Source: Oscillospiraceae bacterium (lineage in GTDB: Bacteria; Bacillota; Clostridia; Oscillospirales; CAG-272). Taken from it: a stretch of 64,000 bases of DNA. Below the pieces are notes generated by a model. That model searched no databases. It worked only from the letters and a program-made list of their open reading frames with translations, and was not told the origin of the DNA. Positions 63,834 to 64,000 of the stretch are shown here, piece after piece; position 1 is the stretch's first letter; every line of letters starts with the position of its first letter. The DNA lies in assembly GCA_015064395.1 (NCBI GenBank), contig SVSH01000012.1, positions 364-64,363 of the forward strand. Direction: 5' to 3'. The position numbers and the translations under genes are program-made.

Positions 63834-64000
63834 GGGGCTCAGAACCCCTGCGTGCGCCGTCAGTTAACGCTTTTCCCTGCCTCAATAAGCGCACGCTTAC
63901 CAAATTGCCGTCAAGCGGCAATTTGAGGGGTTCTTCGCGTAAAATCACACGAGAATACAAAAAGAGAACGGCCTAAAGCCGTTCTCTTTTTGTATTCTGG
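63834..64000 (+). repeat. 167-nt tandem repeat unit 2 (runs to the window edge)
   Basis: Base-for-base identical to 63657..63823. Separated by the 10-nt spacer agcggattac. Confidence 0.9.

Noticed and set aside
63657-64000. CRISPR array
   Set aside because: The repeat unit is 167 nt, with a 10-nt spacer and only two copies visible. This is the wrong scale for CRISPR, and no cas genes are in the window.
1-64000. Prophage, ICE or classical defence island
   Set aside because: Reading all credible ORFs, I found no integrase, transposase, reverse transcriptase, Cas, restriction-modification, helicase-nuclease or phage structural signatures. The accessory signals are limited to the small islets and repeats reported above.

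Overview
64-kb chromosomal window from a fairly GC-rich, spore-forming Firmicute. A Clostridia / Oscillospiraceae-like origin is my inference from gene content and repeat style. I support about 58 protein-coding genes at high density. I saw no rRNA, tRNA, CRISPR array, integrase, transposase, reverse transcriptase or recognisable defence enzyme.

Gene content, left to right:
- 1596..10237: a cytoplasmic mannoside/hexose-phosphate cluster (phosphohexomutase, YwaF-like membrane protein, GH38 alpha-mannosidase, ROK kinase, SIS isomerase, orphan double beta-sandwich protein).
- 10262..13151: a yybP-ykoY (Mn2+) riboswitch with terminator in front of a P-type IIA ATPase.
- 13365..26292 (minus strand): a conserved housekeeping block (yebC, argS, ybaK, recN, argR, nadK, tlyA, ispA, xseB, xseA, TsaD-like, nusB, ispE).
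- 26513..45294: AI-2E transporter, second phosphoglucomutase, tandem-Nudix plus PPase-like pair, MBOAT plus DHHW O-acylation pair, pncB, spoIVA, AlaX, lipoprotein PPIase, rpmF/yceD, tmcAL.
- 46000..54361: an electron-bifurcating-type [FeFe] hydrogenase operon (hydC ... hydB, hydA) that encloses a sensory-hydrogenase / kinase / DRTGG / PHP module.
- 54595..60187: XRE-TPR regulator, AEC transporter, oxidoreductase, GT4, acyltransferase.
- 60348..63256: an ECF sigma / putative anti-sigma pair next to three tandem paralogous 2-TM proteins.

The signals I cannot explain are non-coding or accessory:
- 63657..64000: a perfect tandem duplication of a 167-nt module (three-way junction plus 20-bp terminator) at the 3' edge, behind about 270 nt of hairpin-dense leader.
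- 3962..5044 and 46..1415: two AT-rich XRE-containing islets bracketed by direct repeats.
- A dispersed hairpin repeat family placed 6-16 nt after stop codons and oriented with the upstream gene.
- 17041..17294: a MITE-like element with covarying hairpin terminal inverted repeats.
- The catalytic HydA carries TSCSPGW where TSCCPxW is expected.

All functional calls come from reading motifs in the translations. No database search was run.
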